Source of the DNA: Phaeosaccion multiseriatum | Taxonomy: Eukaryota; Protista; Ochrophyta, other classes | Reading direction: 5' to 3' | Length of the DNA: 64,000 bases | NCBI GenBank assembly: GCA_965112735.1 | Contig: OZ218951.1 | Coordinates: forward strand, 3,038,001 to 3,102,000 | Part shown: positions 1 through 38,800 of the stretch, piece by piece | Numbering within the stretch: position 1 is the stretch's first letter | Layout: every line of letters begins with the position of its first letter | Program-made: the position numbers and the translations under genes | Notes under the pieces: model-generated | Database searches by the model: none | What the model saw: only the letters and a program-made list of their open reading frames with translations | Told to the model about the DNA's origin: nothing

Positions 1-210
1 GAGGGAGGGAGGGAGGGAGGGAGGGAGGGAGGGACGGACGGAGGGAGGGAGGGAGGGAGGGAGGGAGGGAGGGAGGGAGGGAGGGAGGGAGGGAGGGAGG
101 GAGGGAGGGAGGGAGGGAGGGAGGGAGGGAGGGAGGGAGGGAGGGAGGGAGGGAGGGAGGGAGGGAGGGAGGGAGGGAGGGAGGGAGGGACGGAGGGAGG
201 GAGGGAGGGG
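1..210. repeat. (GGGA)n intronic microsatellite
   Basis: Direct observation; further copies at about 930-1150, 1500-1820, 2935-3134, 10362-10440. Confidence 0.98.
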
Positions 211-349
211 CTCCATGCTCTTGTCCCGCGATGCGCCTTTCTTTCCACTTGCTGCGAGGCTAGGCTCCGTGCCTCTGCCCCTCGTCCCCTAAACTTGCCT
301 TAAACTCGCTCACCCTTCCTCCCCTCCCCTCCCCTCCTGCTGGCCACAG

Positions 350-10125
<9,776 letters not shown>

Positions 10126-10910
10126 TCGTGTGGTAGGTGGCCTGGTCTGTTTACCACCATAGCAGCAGCCCTTTCGGGGCGGCTTCGGCAGCTTCGGCAG
10201 CTTCCGCAGTTTCTGCAGTGCTTGCTTTCTTCCCTCCCTCCTTCCTACCCGTCCCATTCTCTGCGAGAGGGGGCGGACTCGCTCGCTGCCGACTCTGGGC
10301 AGGGGTGGATGGCAGTGGATGGCAGTGGGTGGACGACACCCACGCACAGAAGGGGTTCACACAGGGAGGGAGGGAGGGAGGGAGGGAGGGAGGGAGGGAG
10401 GGAGGGAGGGAGGGAGGGAGGGAGGGAGGGAGGGAGAGGGAAGGAGGGAGGGAGAAAGGAAAGAAGAGCACTTATTCAGTTCACAGTGCGACTTGTTTTT
10501 ACGACGGGGGGGGGGAGGGCAATTTTAACTCGAGACCAACTCAAGCACACAAAGGCTTAAGTAGGCTTAAGTAAGGCGTAAGTAGGTTGGAAGAGACTGT
10601 TCACGTCTCTTCAATAATAGAGACGCCGTCGACCACAGCAGCAGGCGGACAGCGCTGCGTGTGGCATGTAAAGCGGCACCTGGGCGGAAAGAGTGTGACA
10701 ATTGCTTTTAAGGGATTGGCTCCGTTCCTCACTCTCAAAGGGTCCGGTAACTAAGTAGAGCGTTTTACTCATCAATGATGTATTGAATAGAGTGTTGTAT
10801 ATTCACATATTGGCGACCGCCCACTGCACGTAGCACACTGACAGATAGAGTCCAGAGAGCGTGGAGGGGCGAGACTTGACAGGCCACAAGCGGAGGCCCT
10901 CCCTCGTGCG

Positions 10911-11090
10911 CCTTCCCCTCCATCGGTACTCCGCCCCTCGTCCTCCTTCTCTCTCCGGGCCTCTGTCTTCCTTCCCCTCCATCGCCACTCCGCCCCTCGT
11001 CCTCCTTCTCTCTCCAGTCCTCTGTCTTCCTTCCCCTCCATCGCCACTCCACCCCTCGTCCTCCTTCTCTCTCCCGTCCTCTGTCTTCCT
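10911..11090. repeat. 59-bp minisatellite, 3 copies
   Basis: Units start at 10911, 10970 and 11029 (CCTTCCCCTCCATCG...CTCTGTCTT), between convergent gene ends. Confidence 0.9.
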
Positions 11091-11444
11091 GGCATCTCGC
11101 GCTCGCATGCCTGTCAGTCGCACACACACACACACACACCACCCTTCCCTCTCCCTCTGCGCCATCCCCTCTGGCTGTTGCCTAGTCCGCACTTCAGTCA
11201 GACCGAAAGACGAGAAGGAGCCCTTACCTACACAAGAACGGTACGGTGGTCCTCCTAACCTCCTCCCCTTCCTTCCTTGACCCCTGTCCTACTCCGTTGG
11301 CTCGCTGAGCCTGAGGCTCAATCCTCTCCTGCGTGGTCTCCATGAATCAGTCTCTGCATGACGTCATCATCATCATCATCATCATCGCCTCGTTTTTGCG
11401 GGTCTTGCGCCGGAGAAGCATCCATCAATCAATCAGTCAGTCAG

Positions 11445-26832
<15,388 letters not shown>

Positions 26833-27519
26833 GCAAGAATCAGAGCCCTCCGATCTCCCCTTGAGAAGAAGTTGCTGCGGCGGAAGTGCCCTCGTCGGGC
26901 GCCCGCTGAGCTACACCTGCTCCCCATCAAGGAAAGATAGAAGGGAGAGGAAAGAGAGACATCAAAGGCTCATATCAACACGAAAGCCATCACGGTGCTT
27001 CCCGCTTTCCTGTAGTGCATCTCCTTATACAACAAGGAGGAGGTGAGAGAGAAAGCGGGAGAGGAGCAGCAGCAGCAGCAGAGAAGGCGTGAAGAAACAA
27101 GCCCCACACAACACCTCAGCAGCATGTCAAACCCCCTCTATCACACTGCACACTACGAACCTTCTCTGCCTTGCTGGTCTGCGCTCTCTATTGCTATCTC
27201 CCTTCTCCTCCCTCTCCCCCCTTGTCTCTCCCGCCCAAAATGATAGAAAAGCCCTCTCGACATAAGATATCGATGATATCGATTTCCTTCTTGCTTGTGT
27301 TTAGGGACATCGTCTAGGGTCCTCACCCTTTGAGTATACCTGGGTCGAGGGAGGCCACATACTGCGCATAGCGCGTCTTGACACTGCGGTTGTTTGAAAT
27401 ATCAAGCTGCGCAGCTCTTCTCTCTTCACCTCAAGCCTTCTTTTCCCTCTCTATCCTCTCTCCCTTCCTTCGATCTTTCTTCAGGAGTACAATAGCTTCC
27501 CAGTAGTAGTTAGTGGACC

Positions 27520-27802
27520 ATGGAGGAATACACCATGCCCATCAAGGATGGGGGAAGCAGCAGCTATGGGGCCACGGCCGTTTCCACCCCTGACATTAGC
27601 CACTCCTTCCACACGCAGGTGCGCCAAGGGCAAGTTCCCTTCCAATGAAGTTTGGAGTTGGTTGAAAAAGAGAGAGCGACAGAGGAGGAGAAAGGAGTGG
27701 AGGCTTGAGCGGGGTTGCGTTGCAATGCAGAAGTGCAGGCAGCCTTAGGTATTCGACTTCGGTCCCAATAAATGGGGGGGGGGGGGGTTCTACTACTTCT
27801 TG

Positions 27803-27835
<33 letters not shown>

Positions 27836-28437
27836 TGGTCTGCGCCTCAATGAATGGTGCTCATCCTCCCCTCCTCCCCAGGAGGATGCGAGTCACACGA
27901 AGCTGAATCGCAGCGCCTCGGTCGGCCCCGGCATGGACCCATCTGCCCTAAACCCGCGCCAAAAGGGACGGCGTGCGGTCTACGTGGAGTTACCCTTCTA
28001 CTCCATGTACGGCATGCAGTACCGCGAGCACAAGCTGGCCAAGTCGCACAGCAGGGCTCACTTGGATTCTATGGAGGGGATCAGCGACAAAGACAAGATG
28101 CTGGGAGAGGTGGACGTGGATGATGTCATTGTCACGTGGCCGCTCATTGCAGCCGTGCTCATCGCCGCGGGGCTCATGTTCAATGTTGGCTACAACTTGG
28201 GTGAGTGAGTGAGTCTTTGAGCCCGTCAGTCAATCAGTCCTTGCTTCTTTCCTTCCCTCCTGGAGAGAGGAGGATGACACAGGCAGTCCTCCTCCCGTAG
28301 TTGTATACAGCGACAGAAGGAGCCGTCTCTTTCTCTCCTCTTCCTAAGTAGACCGCAACCACAACCAGGAACCCTCTTTTCCAGCCTCTCTTACGCCTCC
28401 TTTTTCTCTCTCTGTATCTATCTCACTTCACACCTAA

Positions 28438-28476
<39 letters not shown>

Positions 28477-29205
28477 GTCTCTCTGCCTCTCTCTCGCTCG
28501 TCTCTCTTCACCCCACGGCAACAAACCTTACAACTGCCAAAAGGCGTCATGAATGCCCCCGAGTCCGTCGTGTTCCCTGGCCACACCACCACGGAGTGGT
28601 CCCTCGCTGTCTCCGTGCTGGCCATCGGTGGGCCATTTGGTGCCATCGCCGCCGGAGGAGTGTCCAACAAGCGAGGCAGAAGGGTGGCCATCTTGCTGAA
28701 TGCCTGGGTGTTTCTAATTGGGGGTATCATCTTCAGCCTGGCTCCCAATATCTACAGCATCATCTTGGGCCGAGTCATTGTGGGCTTTGCCAGTGGCTTC
28801 TCCTGCGTTGTGGTGCCCATCTACCTTGGCGAGCTTGCCCCTCCTACCCTGCGAGGCACGTTGGGGACGCTGACTCAGGTAGGGTAGGGTAGGGTAGGGT
28901 TTTAAGTGTGTTTTGCTTCAGCAACAAGTTGAAGGGGGGGGGGGGGGGAGAGGTGGAGAACGAGAGGAGGGAGGAAGAGGAAGAGGAGGCGGCGGAGGAG
29001 GAGGAGGAGGAGGAGGAGGAGGAGGAGGCGGGAGGGAGAGCGAAAGGGGGAAGGTTGGTCTGGCTGTGCGGGACAACACTCCCTTTTAGCACTCCCTTTC
29101 ATGAATCCCTCTCGCCCTCCCCCCCCCCCTCCCTACGTGGTATCTCTCATTGCTTACTCGAACCCCCCTCCCTCTACCCCATCTGCACCCTCCCTCCTCC
29201 CCCCA

Positions 29206-29253
<48 letters not shown>

Positions 29254-31487
29254 GTGTTTTGTCACTTCAGTTCGCGATGGTGACGGGTATCCTGGCGTCC
29301 AATCTCCTCGCCTTTCCCCTGGCCACAAGCGACGGGTGGAGGTACCTCTTTGCTGTGGGGCCCATCCTCTCGGGTGTGCAGATCCTCTGCGCCCCCTTCA
29401 TCTACGAGTCGCCTCGGTGGATGCTGAATAGGGACGAGTACTCCATGGCGGCTCGAGTAGCCATCAAGCGCCTACGAGGTAAGAGGAGGAGGCAAACGTA
29501 ACCGTCGTAACCGTCATGCACACACATGGTGTGATGATGTCGATGGGGTTGATGGTATGTGTGGGACGTCCTCGACAGACACTCTCGATCGACACCTGCT
29601 CTGCTCCCTCCCCTTCGTTTTTTTTCTCTTTCTTTCCATCTCTCTTGTCCTCCCCCTTCCTCTACTTGACACCGCCACTGACTCTGACTCTGACTCTGAT
29701 ATGCACTGCTCCTCTCCACTCTCCTCTCCAGGCATCCGTGACGATGAGGAGGTGCAGATTGAGATTGACCACATTGTTGAGGCCTCCAAGAAACAAAAGC
29801 TCCGGGTACGTACTGCTGACTTTGTCAGGGAAGGAAGGAAGGAAGGAAGGAAGGAAGGAAGGAAGGAAGAGGACGGAAGTCGAAGACGGTGGCGTGGGCC
29901 TCTGCACCTCTACCTCTCACGTTTGCTCTCTCCTTTCTCCCCTGAACCCTCCCACCAACCCCCAGCAAGGAAGCGCTCACAGCACCGGAGCAGTGTGGGA
30001 CCTTCTGAGCGACACACGCCTTCGCCCCTTGGTCATCGCCTTTACGGTTTTGCACGTGGCACAGCAGCTCGGAGGCATCAATGCCGTCTTCTATTACAGC
30101 AACAGGTAGATAATCATGTGTCAGGCGCGGGCCATCTTCGGCTGACTGACTGGCTCCTTTCTTGTCTCCTTCTCTCCCTCCTTCTCTCTCTCTTTCTCTC
30201 AACTCCCTCTCCTATCTCTCTCTCTCTCTCTCTCTCTTGCTCCCTCTGCCCCCTCCCATCTCTCTGGTCTCTCTTCTCTCTCTTACTCTCCACATATCCC
30301 CCTCTGCCCCCACCCCATCCCCTTCTATCCATTTACCATCCAACCACCCGACCAAACCAAAACAAACCAACAGCTTCTTCGAAGGGGTGATCGATGACCC
30401 CCTGGTTGGCACTTGTCTGTGCGGTGTGATCAACGTTTTGGCCACCTATGCGGCACTCAAATTGATGGACAGTGTGGGGCGGGTGAAACTGCTCATGGCA
30501 AGTCTGGCGGGCATGATGGTGTGCTGTGTGTTCATTACCGGAGTGTTGCTCGATTACATGCCGTCCTCCGTTGCCCTGGTGGCCGTTATGGGTAAGTCAA
30601 GGGAAGGGGAGGGAAGGGCAAGGCAGAATGGACGAGGAAAAGGAAAGGGGGGGGGGGGGAGGGTAAGAGAAACGTAGAGAAGGGAAAAGAGATGAGAACT
30701 CACACTCCCCCCCCTTCCCACCCACCCACCCCCAAAGGCTTTGTGGGCTTCTTTGAGTTCGGCCTCGGCCCCATCCCCTGGCTTGTGGTGGCGGAGATGT
30801 TCGATGCCAAGTATGTGGCCACGGCCATGTCAATAGCGTGCCAGATCAACTGGGGGTGCAATTTCATTGTTGGTATCGGTGAGTGTGGTGTGCAGTGTAA
30901 AGTGAAGTGATGTGGTGTTGGTGTGGTGTGGTATGGTGTAGGGTGTAGCTGTGGTGTGATGTAGTATGGTGTAGTGTAGTGTAGGTGTGGTGTGATGTGG
31001 TGTGCTCCCCTCCACTCCCCTCCCCTCATATCCTCTCCCCGTGCCTCCCTTCCCCTCCCCTCCCCTCACCTCCCCCCTCTCCCCTCTCCCGTCTCGCCTC
31101 TCTCTCTCCCCTTCCCTTTCCCTCCCCTCCCCTCTCCCCTCTCTCCCTCTCTCTCCTCTCCCCTTGCCCTACCCTCTCCATACAAAACCAAACCAATACA
31201 AAACAAAACATGAAGGCTTTCCGTACCTGCAGGCAGGCCTGGGCCCCTGGAGCTTCGGCCCCTTCTTCATTGTGCTGACGGCGTGCTTCTTATATGTTGC
31301 CTTTAAGCTTCCAGAGACGTCAGGACGCACCGTAGCGGAGGTGCAGCGAATGGTGCAGCCGATGGACGAGGATGATGATTACTATCGAGGCACCAAGGGG
31401 GGGGGTAATGGTATGCAGTATGTGGTGGTGGAAGGAGTGGACCTCACGCCAGAGGAGGCGGGGCTAAGGCCTCAGGCATATAGGTAA
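27520..31487 (+). CDS. MFS sugar porter (GLUT/SLC2A-like hexose transporter), 9 exons
   Basis: Exons at about 27520-27619, 27882-28200, 28544-28878, 29271-29478, 29732-29805, 29966-30104, 30374-30591, 30738-30878, 31216-31487. Sugar-porter signatures [68 protein letters not shown]. Confidence 0.95.
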
Positions 31488-32814
31488 GGGGGCGGGCAAG
31501 GGGAGTGGGGAAGGGAGAGCGGAAGGGGAAGGGGAAGGAGAGGGTGGGGGACGCCCACCCCCGGGACGTCGAGGGCACTCACGTGGGGAATGCTCCGGAG
31601 GCCAACCGAACAAGTGCACACAAGGGGAGGGGGAGGGAGGTTGCTGTGAGAGTATGGCCTCAGCGCGTCGGTGAGGGGAGGGGAGAGAGGCTTTGCGTCG
31701 AGAAGGGGGTAGGGGGGCGCGGGGGCAACAAGGGGGTTTTAGTGGAGCAGGCGGAGCGAAGGTGGTGCCTCTTGTCTGTTCCTCATCTCTGTCTTGTATC
31801 AGCCTGTTATGGCAAGGAGGAGGGCAGAGCGTTTGGTTGGGTAAGGGTTGGCGATGATGAGGGTAGGGTGGGGGAGGGGGAGGTGGAGCGGCGCGGCACA
31901 CAAGCGGATAGACGGACGGTAAAAGGGCGCACCGACAGTGCATCGCCACTGCACTGCATGGCTCATGCTGTCATCTCCCGTATGCGTGAGATGGTTTTAT
32001 TGGTTTGTTGGCCAGTCGCGCACGCACATGCAACGATTGGTTGGTTGCTCTCTGCCCTGCCCCCTCGGGTGTCAGGATTTCTTCGGGGCTTGGTGGGGGA
32101 GGGGAAGGCGTTGGGCCTGCAAAGGTGGCAGGCCACAATCAGGGAAGAAATACACTCAATACATTCTGTGCATGTATGTGGATATATATGACGTGTTGAA
32201 ACAAAACGGTTGGGGGCAAGCACTTTCCGTCCCTTCTTCCCGTCGGATAGACCACCCACGCACACACCTGCACACAGGTGCACACCCTCCTCTCCCCTCG
32301 TGCAACCGCGTGAATCACTTCCCCCTCCCCGCCCCTGTGCCGGGCCCCGCAGTGTAGCAACCAATGAACAATCAACAGCCAACCCCCCTTTGGTGCAAAG
32401 TAGCAATCAAGCGTCTCCTTCATAACGCTTCCTTTTGATGACGGACGAGAAGGGAGGCATACTGCCTTATTCTCACTTTGCGTATTTATACTTCGCATCA
32501 ACTTCGCAGTATTTCACAAAGCAAGGAGTCCCTCACAGGTGTTGTATCACCAACCGCTGCAGTGCCTTGTCGGGAAACACAGCACCCCTTTCAAAGTCAA
32601 GTCATGCCACATCAAACCATCGTGTTTCCAGCAATTTATTATTATACCACTGTATCAAGAATGACGCGTTGCGAGGTAAAATGTAATTCAAAAATCCTTT
32701 CGCGTATACATGTTGAGTGTGCGGGTGTGTGTGGGTATATATATATGGGTGTGTGTGTGGTTATATATATAGAGAGAGAGTGAGAGCGCTTCATCACATC
32801 AGACCTTCCATAAG

Positions 32815-35800
32815 TCAGTCAGTCCTAGACTTTCCCTTGCTCAACGACGCCCTCAAGCTCGAGAGGGTCTTCTTGGTCCTGAGAGTGAGCGGGTCCTCCT
32901 CCCCGACAAGCTCCCTCCTCGTGGCCAGCACCTCGCCCATCACTTCCGCCGCCTCCTCTGCCCTGTCCCCCGCCGCAAAGAGACACATGGAGAGGTTGTG
33001 AAGCGTTTCCGCCACAGGTAGACTCTTCTCCCCAAACACCTCCCTCCGCTTGTGCGCCGCTTTGCGGTACAGGAGCTCCGCGTCGTCGTATCGATCGCGT
33101 AGCTTGAGAATCAGCCCCAAGTTGTTGAGACTCTCCGCCACATCCGCTTGGAGCGCACTGAGATCACTCGAGTGCGGTACGTGCTGCTGCTGCTGCTGCT
33201 GCTGCTGGCTTTTCCCCTCCGCCCTCCCTCCCCCCTTGGGGCTCTCCGGCCCGATGGTGAGATCCCCCTCTCCCTGCCGTCCAATCCCCGGCGATATCGC
33301 ACCCTCCCTCGCAGCCGTCTCCGCCGCAGCAGCAGCCGCGCTCCGGATGCTCAGCGCTCGCCTTAGCAGAGGCTCGGCCCACTCCAAGCGACCTCGACTC
33401 GCCAGTACGCAGGCCATGTTGTTGAGTGTGCGAGCAAGGGAGGGGTGTGTGCTTCCGAGCAGGCCCTCCTTCACCTCCAGACTCCTTCGCAAGATGCCCT
33501 CTGCCTCCTCCATCATGCCTCTATCAACGAGCAGCTGTGCTTGATTGTTGAGCGCACGTGGCAGCTGAGCGTGTGCCTGCGCCCCTCCGGCCCCGGCCAG
33601 TCCGAAGATGTTGAGCGCCGAGCCGTACGACGCTTGTGCTCGGTCCCACTGCCCCAGCCTCGACCGACAGAGGCCCGTCATCATCAGCGACCCGGCCACG
33701 TAGGGGTGCCACTCTCCGAAGCGTTTGCGATCGCGCTTTAGCACCGCGCCCAAGAGTGTGTTGGCTGCGATCCACTCTAGCTTCTTTGTGCTCTGCAGCA
33801 AGAGGCGTGAGGAGCACACCGCCATTTCCGTCTCAATGAGCTCCAATCGTAGATACCTCTCGGCCTGCTCGTGTGTAATGGCCCCAATCACCACGCTGCC
33901 GCTGCCACCGCTGCCACCCCCGCCGCCTGTACCGATACTCCCGGTACCACCGACTGTAGCCATCTCTGAAGGAGTCTCGATGGCGCTGCTCACCACACTC
34001 ACGCTCCCGCTACCACCACCGCCGCCCTCTCCACGCATCATGCGCTCCTCCCTCGCCTCCCGATGGCTCCCAAGTTGATCCAGACCATGCCTGTACAGAA
34101 GCTTTGCCTCTTCAATCCGGTTCCGGCCCTCCAGAATCTCGGCAAGGGCCGCCAAACTCAAACTCAAATAGTACATGTCTTCATCCAGCTCTTCCGGTGC
34201 GTCGCTGTCCAGCCCCTCCTCGAGCAGTTCTCTCGAGTCCGTCAGCGCCGTCTCTGCTCGGGCCAAGTCACCAATCTCAAATTCCATCCTGCCCAATCGC
34301 AGCGTGGCAATCTCTGGCAACAAGGCGGAGGACATGCTCACACTCCCCGAGTTGTTGACCGCGTGCTCCTCATACAACTGCACGCAGAGGCACCGCCAAA
34401 TCGACACGGCCCTCGCCTCCAGCCCTGCTCCCCACATGATGTCCACCACCAGCCCTGCCCCCGTCATCTTGCGGCCAGCAGAATCATCATCCCCTCCCCC
34501 TCCACTCCTCTCTAGGTCCTCATTGAACGAATCCGGTGCCTCAAGCACTTCCCCAATCCACGTAGTATCATTGTCCATGTACGGCGAGGCCATGGAGGTG
34601 GCCGAGACGGAAGTGAGCCAAGAGCGATAGGACTTCTGGGCCAGCGTGCCCCGTTCGGCCGACTGGGTCACGCCTGCAGCCGCCGCTGCTACCCCCGCCT
34701 CTGCTGTCCCTGTCTGCCCCTCGTCCCAGCAGGCATGCCATTTCCACTGGGCTTCCATACGGGCAACGTCAAGGAGGGCCCCCCACGCCGCTATGCCAAT
34801 CAGCGGCCCTCGACCCGGCCTGCTCAGCTGTTTGTATTGGGAAATGTGAAAATGTGACGAGAGAGGGGAAGGGGGGGGTTAGGTGCAGCGTACTGCGTGT
34901 AATTTAGACCGCCGTCCACTAGGAGGAGAAGAGACATCTCTCACCCTCCCTCTCCATCCCTCTCCCTCTCTCTCTCACTCACCTCCTCCATCCACTCCAA
35001 ATCCCTCAGAAGCGTCGTCATCCCGCGGCTTCCTCTCCGCAACTCATCTACAGACCCCTTGAACCCCGGCGCTGCACGTGCTGCCTGGCCGTGCCCTTGC
35101 CCCTGTGTCTGATGACGAAGCGTGGCACTCGCTTGCTCTGCATAGGGCATCAGCCGAGCGAGTGTCCGCTGCGTGGCGGCGGGTATGTAGTAAGACGGAG
35201 CGGGCTGTGCGTGTGTATAGTCTCTGGGATAGTGACTCGCCATTCGATGCAACCAGCCGTATCCCGCCAGCTCCGAGCAGATGCTCTCCACAAGACCCCC
35301 CTCCCTGTCGTCTCCATCGTCCCAATGGAGGCCCCACAGACTGGCCAGCAGTTTGGGTGGAAGAGGCGCGTCGGCAGGCACAACAGCGAGGCTGACGATG
35401 TGCTTCCACCGCTGCTCGCTCGAATGTCTCGTGAAGGACAGGCAAAAGAGCACGGCTACTTCGTTAGCCTCCTCCACGAGTTCCCTCTCGTCCATGGACA
35501 CTTCGCCACCGCCCCCTCCATCCACTACCATCCCTTCCTCGTCCTCGTCCTCGCCGCTGTCGGCATCTTCCATGTTGATGCCTGGTCCTTGCCCTTGCCC
35601 CGCTCCCCTGCCACCTGCTGTACCACCAACTGCTGCTGCTGCCCCTCCGGAGGCACCTTGCCCCTTTGCTTTGGAGCGGCGTTGGATCTCACTGACAGGG
35701 GAGGAATTCATTCATTTTGCAAGCGCAACGGGGGGGGGGGTGGAAGGGGGGCGTTGAGCACAGGGACAACAGTAGCGCAGGGTCTAGAAATCAATGGGTA

Positions 35801-38800
35801 TACAAATGACGTACCGAACCAGCGCCTTGATCCTGAGCAAGCCCTTGAGCATGAGGTTCCAAGAGCTCTCCAGCAGCTCCGCCGCAGCCGCGTTGCCTGG
35901 GGTACGTGTGGAAGGTGCAGGTGTGATGTTGGTGTGGACCGTTCACATTAAGCAAGGGGGTGGAATATGTGTGCATGCATGTGCCCCTCCCCTCTGTAAG
36001 GTCGGCAAGAATGCAAGTCCGGCGAAGCAAGCAAGCCACAAGCAAGCAAGCACGCAAGCTCTCTCTCTCTCTCTCTCACTCACTCACCTCCCCTGCGAAG
36101 GCCCTTTGTTTTGTGCACTATGCGGTAGTGCTCCTTCGCCATGAGCCCCCCCAGCAGCTGCAAAGCCCGAGGGGAGCCGCGGCATTCCTCCACCACCCTG
36201 TGCGCCGCAGAGGGGAGGCAGCCCGCGCCTGAGGTAGCACACACGCGCACACGCACACGCACACGCGCACACACACAAACACACAGGGACGTGGAGGAAG
36301 GGGGTATAGAGTAGAGAGAGTTATGTGGTGTCTAGTATGCCACTCATCAGCGCACAAGCGAAAGGGCCGGCATATGGGCAGGTAGACAGGCAGGCATATG
36401 GGCTGGCGGGTATGCAGCGTACGATTACGTACGATTACCTGCGGGGATGCCTGATGCCGCCTCGAGAGCCCGATACGCCTCCTTGGCACTCATGGGGGAC
36501 AGCTTGACGTCACGGAGACTTATCGTCGTTTCCGACGCGGCGTGTTGAGTTTGTCGCCTGTGTCCGGAGAGAGAAGAGAGGGGGGGAGGGGGGGAGGGCA
36601 GGTAAGATACCTATTACCATCAAGTGTCAAGTGCCGTACCCGTCACAAGAGCGCCTGAAATTCGTTACCACAGAGGCACCCATACTTGTGCATACATTCA
36701 AACACACGCCCATCCCCGCAACGTCGTGTAACGTACATTCCGGCTGTAGCCCCCCGTAGGTAGCGAGCGACCTCCGCGCTGCTTGTGGTGACGAGGAGAG
36801 ACAAGCCCACGTCTCGCAGCATGTCCACCACCTGAGAGCGGTTACATGGCAGTTACATGGGCAGGCAGAGGTCATGGGCAGTCAGGGTATACGAGCAGGT
36901 ATATGGGCAGGCCGGCGGACGGGTGTGTGGGCAGGCAGGCAGGCAGACACGTCATGGGCAAGGCCGGCAGACAGGCAGAGTAGCGTAAGGCACTTGCTTA
37001 CAAGCCGCCACAAATGCCAACCAACCAACCAATCAACCAACCAACCAACCAACCAACCAACCAACCAACCAACATAGAGTTTGTGTTGCCACACCATTAA
37101 CTTACCTCGCACTCCCACACATCATCGAGCACCAACAGACACTTGAGGCGGAAGAGCCTGGCCGCAAGGTACGTCGCCACTTCATTGGGCCTGGTGTAGG
37201 CCACGAGCGGATTGTGCGACGAGATCGCTACCGAAGTAGTATCTGGCGGGTTGAACGGGTCGGATGGATCCTCGTCCCCTCCTCCTCCTCCTCCTCCTCC
37301 TCCTCCTCCTCCTCCTCCTCCTCCTCCTCCTCGCATCGAGCGTCCTCTTCGACGGGCAGCACGGCGTCTCCGTCGGCGCCTCAAGAGCAATGCATTCACC
37401 TCCTCCGCAATCACTCTCAGCAGCACGCCCAGCCGCCGAGGACCCCGGGGGGCCCCGACGGTGATCCAAATCACCCCGATACCGTCTGGGGAGTTGGTGA
37501 ACCGAGCAGTCACGCGGGGATCTGTGACCACCGCCTGGGCCAACGCCGTCTTGCCCACACCCGGGTCTCCCCAGCACACCACGGGCACGTAGACGTTGGG
37601 AGCTCTGGCCGTGGATCTGGAGGAGCGAGGGTTGTTGCGAGTGGTGGCCCCACTCTTTATGGACGAGTTCTGGGAAGAGGCGGATTTGATCTCCGCCTCC
37701 TCCACTGCCGCCGCTGCCGCTGCTTCGCGTGCCCTGGCCTGCGCAGCGTCTCCTCCGTCCTCCTCGTGATGATGCTCAGCACCTTCCTGCTTTGAAGGTG
37801 TGTATTGTCCGGTGAGTTGGGTGAGGTCGGGTGAGTGAGTGGGTGGGGAGGGGATGTCATCATCCCGATCCTTTTGTACAGAGAAAGGAGGCAAGCGATC
37901 GACAAGCGCCTCGTTCCCTTCCCCGTCTTGCCTCCGCTCTCTTCTCCTTTCCTCTCCTCTACTCTCTACTCCCTCCTCCTCCTCCTCCTCCTCCTTCTCC
38001 TCACTACTCACCACTCCCTCACTCACTCACCGTTTTTGTGTCGTAATCGGCTGCCCCCGCCGCCGCTGCGGACATGACCTGATCATACATGGCAAACGCC
38101 GCCGCGACCTTATTACCGAGGCCCGAGGATGACATCGAAGTCCTCCTCCGAGGGGCGGCCTCTCCTCCTCCTTCTTCTCCTCCTCCTCCCCCACCTCCTC
38201 CTGCTGCTCCTGCTCCTCCTTCTGCTCCTGCTCCTGCTGCTCCTCCAGCTCCTACTCCCAATCCCCCCCCCCCAGCTAAGGCCACCCCTGCTCCGTCTTC
38301 GAATACCTTCGATATCATCTTGGTCACCGCCATTGTCTCCGTGGATAACAGCACGCGTAGCACCACCGCGTCTTTCATCAAGGATCTCTCCTCTCCCAGC
38401 CAACCGTGCTCGTACCCTGCCCCTCCGCCTCCTCCACTCCCCACCACATTAACACCAACACCGCCACTACTGCTACCACCCCCTACCGATGACGATGGCC
38501 AGATGGGGCATCCCGGCGGTAAACCCGAGATGAGCTGGGGCTCTCCCGCTCTGACATCCAAGGCAGAGAAGGGCATACGCAGGCTTCGACTGTTGTCTCC
38601 TCTCCTCCCACCAAGACCCTCTCCTCCTCCTCCTCCTCCTCCTTCTCTCCCCTGTGGGCCATCGAGCCCTCTGGCCGAGGCTGCTGCTGCAGACTCAATG
38701 AGCAGGGGCAAGAGACTGGGCTGCTTGCGCAGAGGCGGCTTGACGATGCTCGAGCGGCACCTCAGAATGCCCGCATGCCGGAGCTGGGCCAGCGAAATGC

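Noticed and set aside
10911-11090. CRISPR-like array (also 1901-2119)
   Set aside because: Head-to-tail units with no unique spacers, no cas genes, eukaryotic context.
32815-34758. Stand-alone kinesin light chain or nephrocystin-3
   Set aside because: It is the terminal exon of the NB-ARC gene, and there is no KLC heptad region.
32815-38026. Prokaryotic Avs-type antiphage STAND system or bacterial contamination
   Set aside because: The gene is interrupted by 15 spliceosomal introns and flanked by eukaryotic genes.
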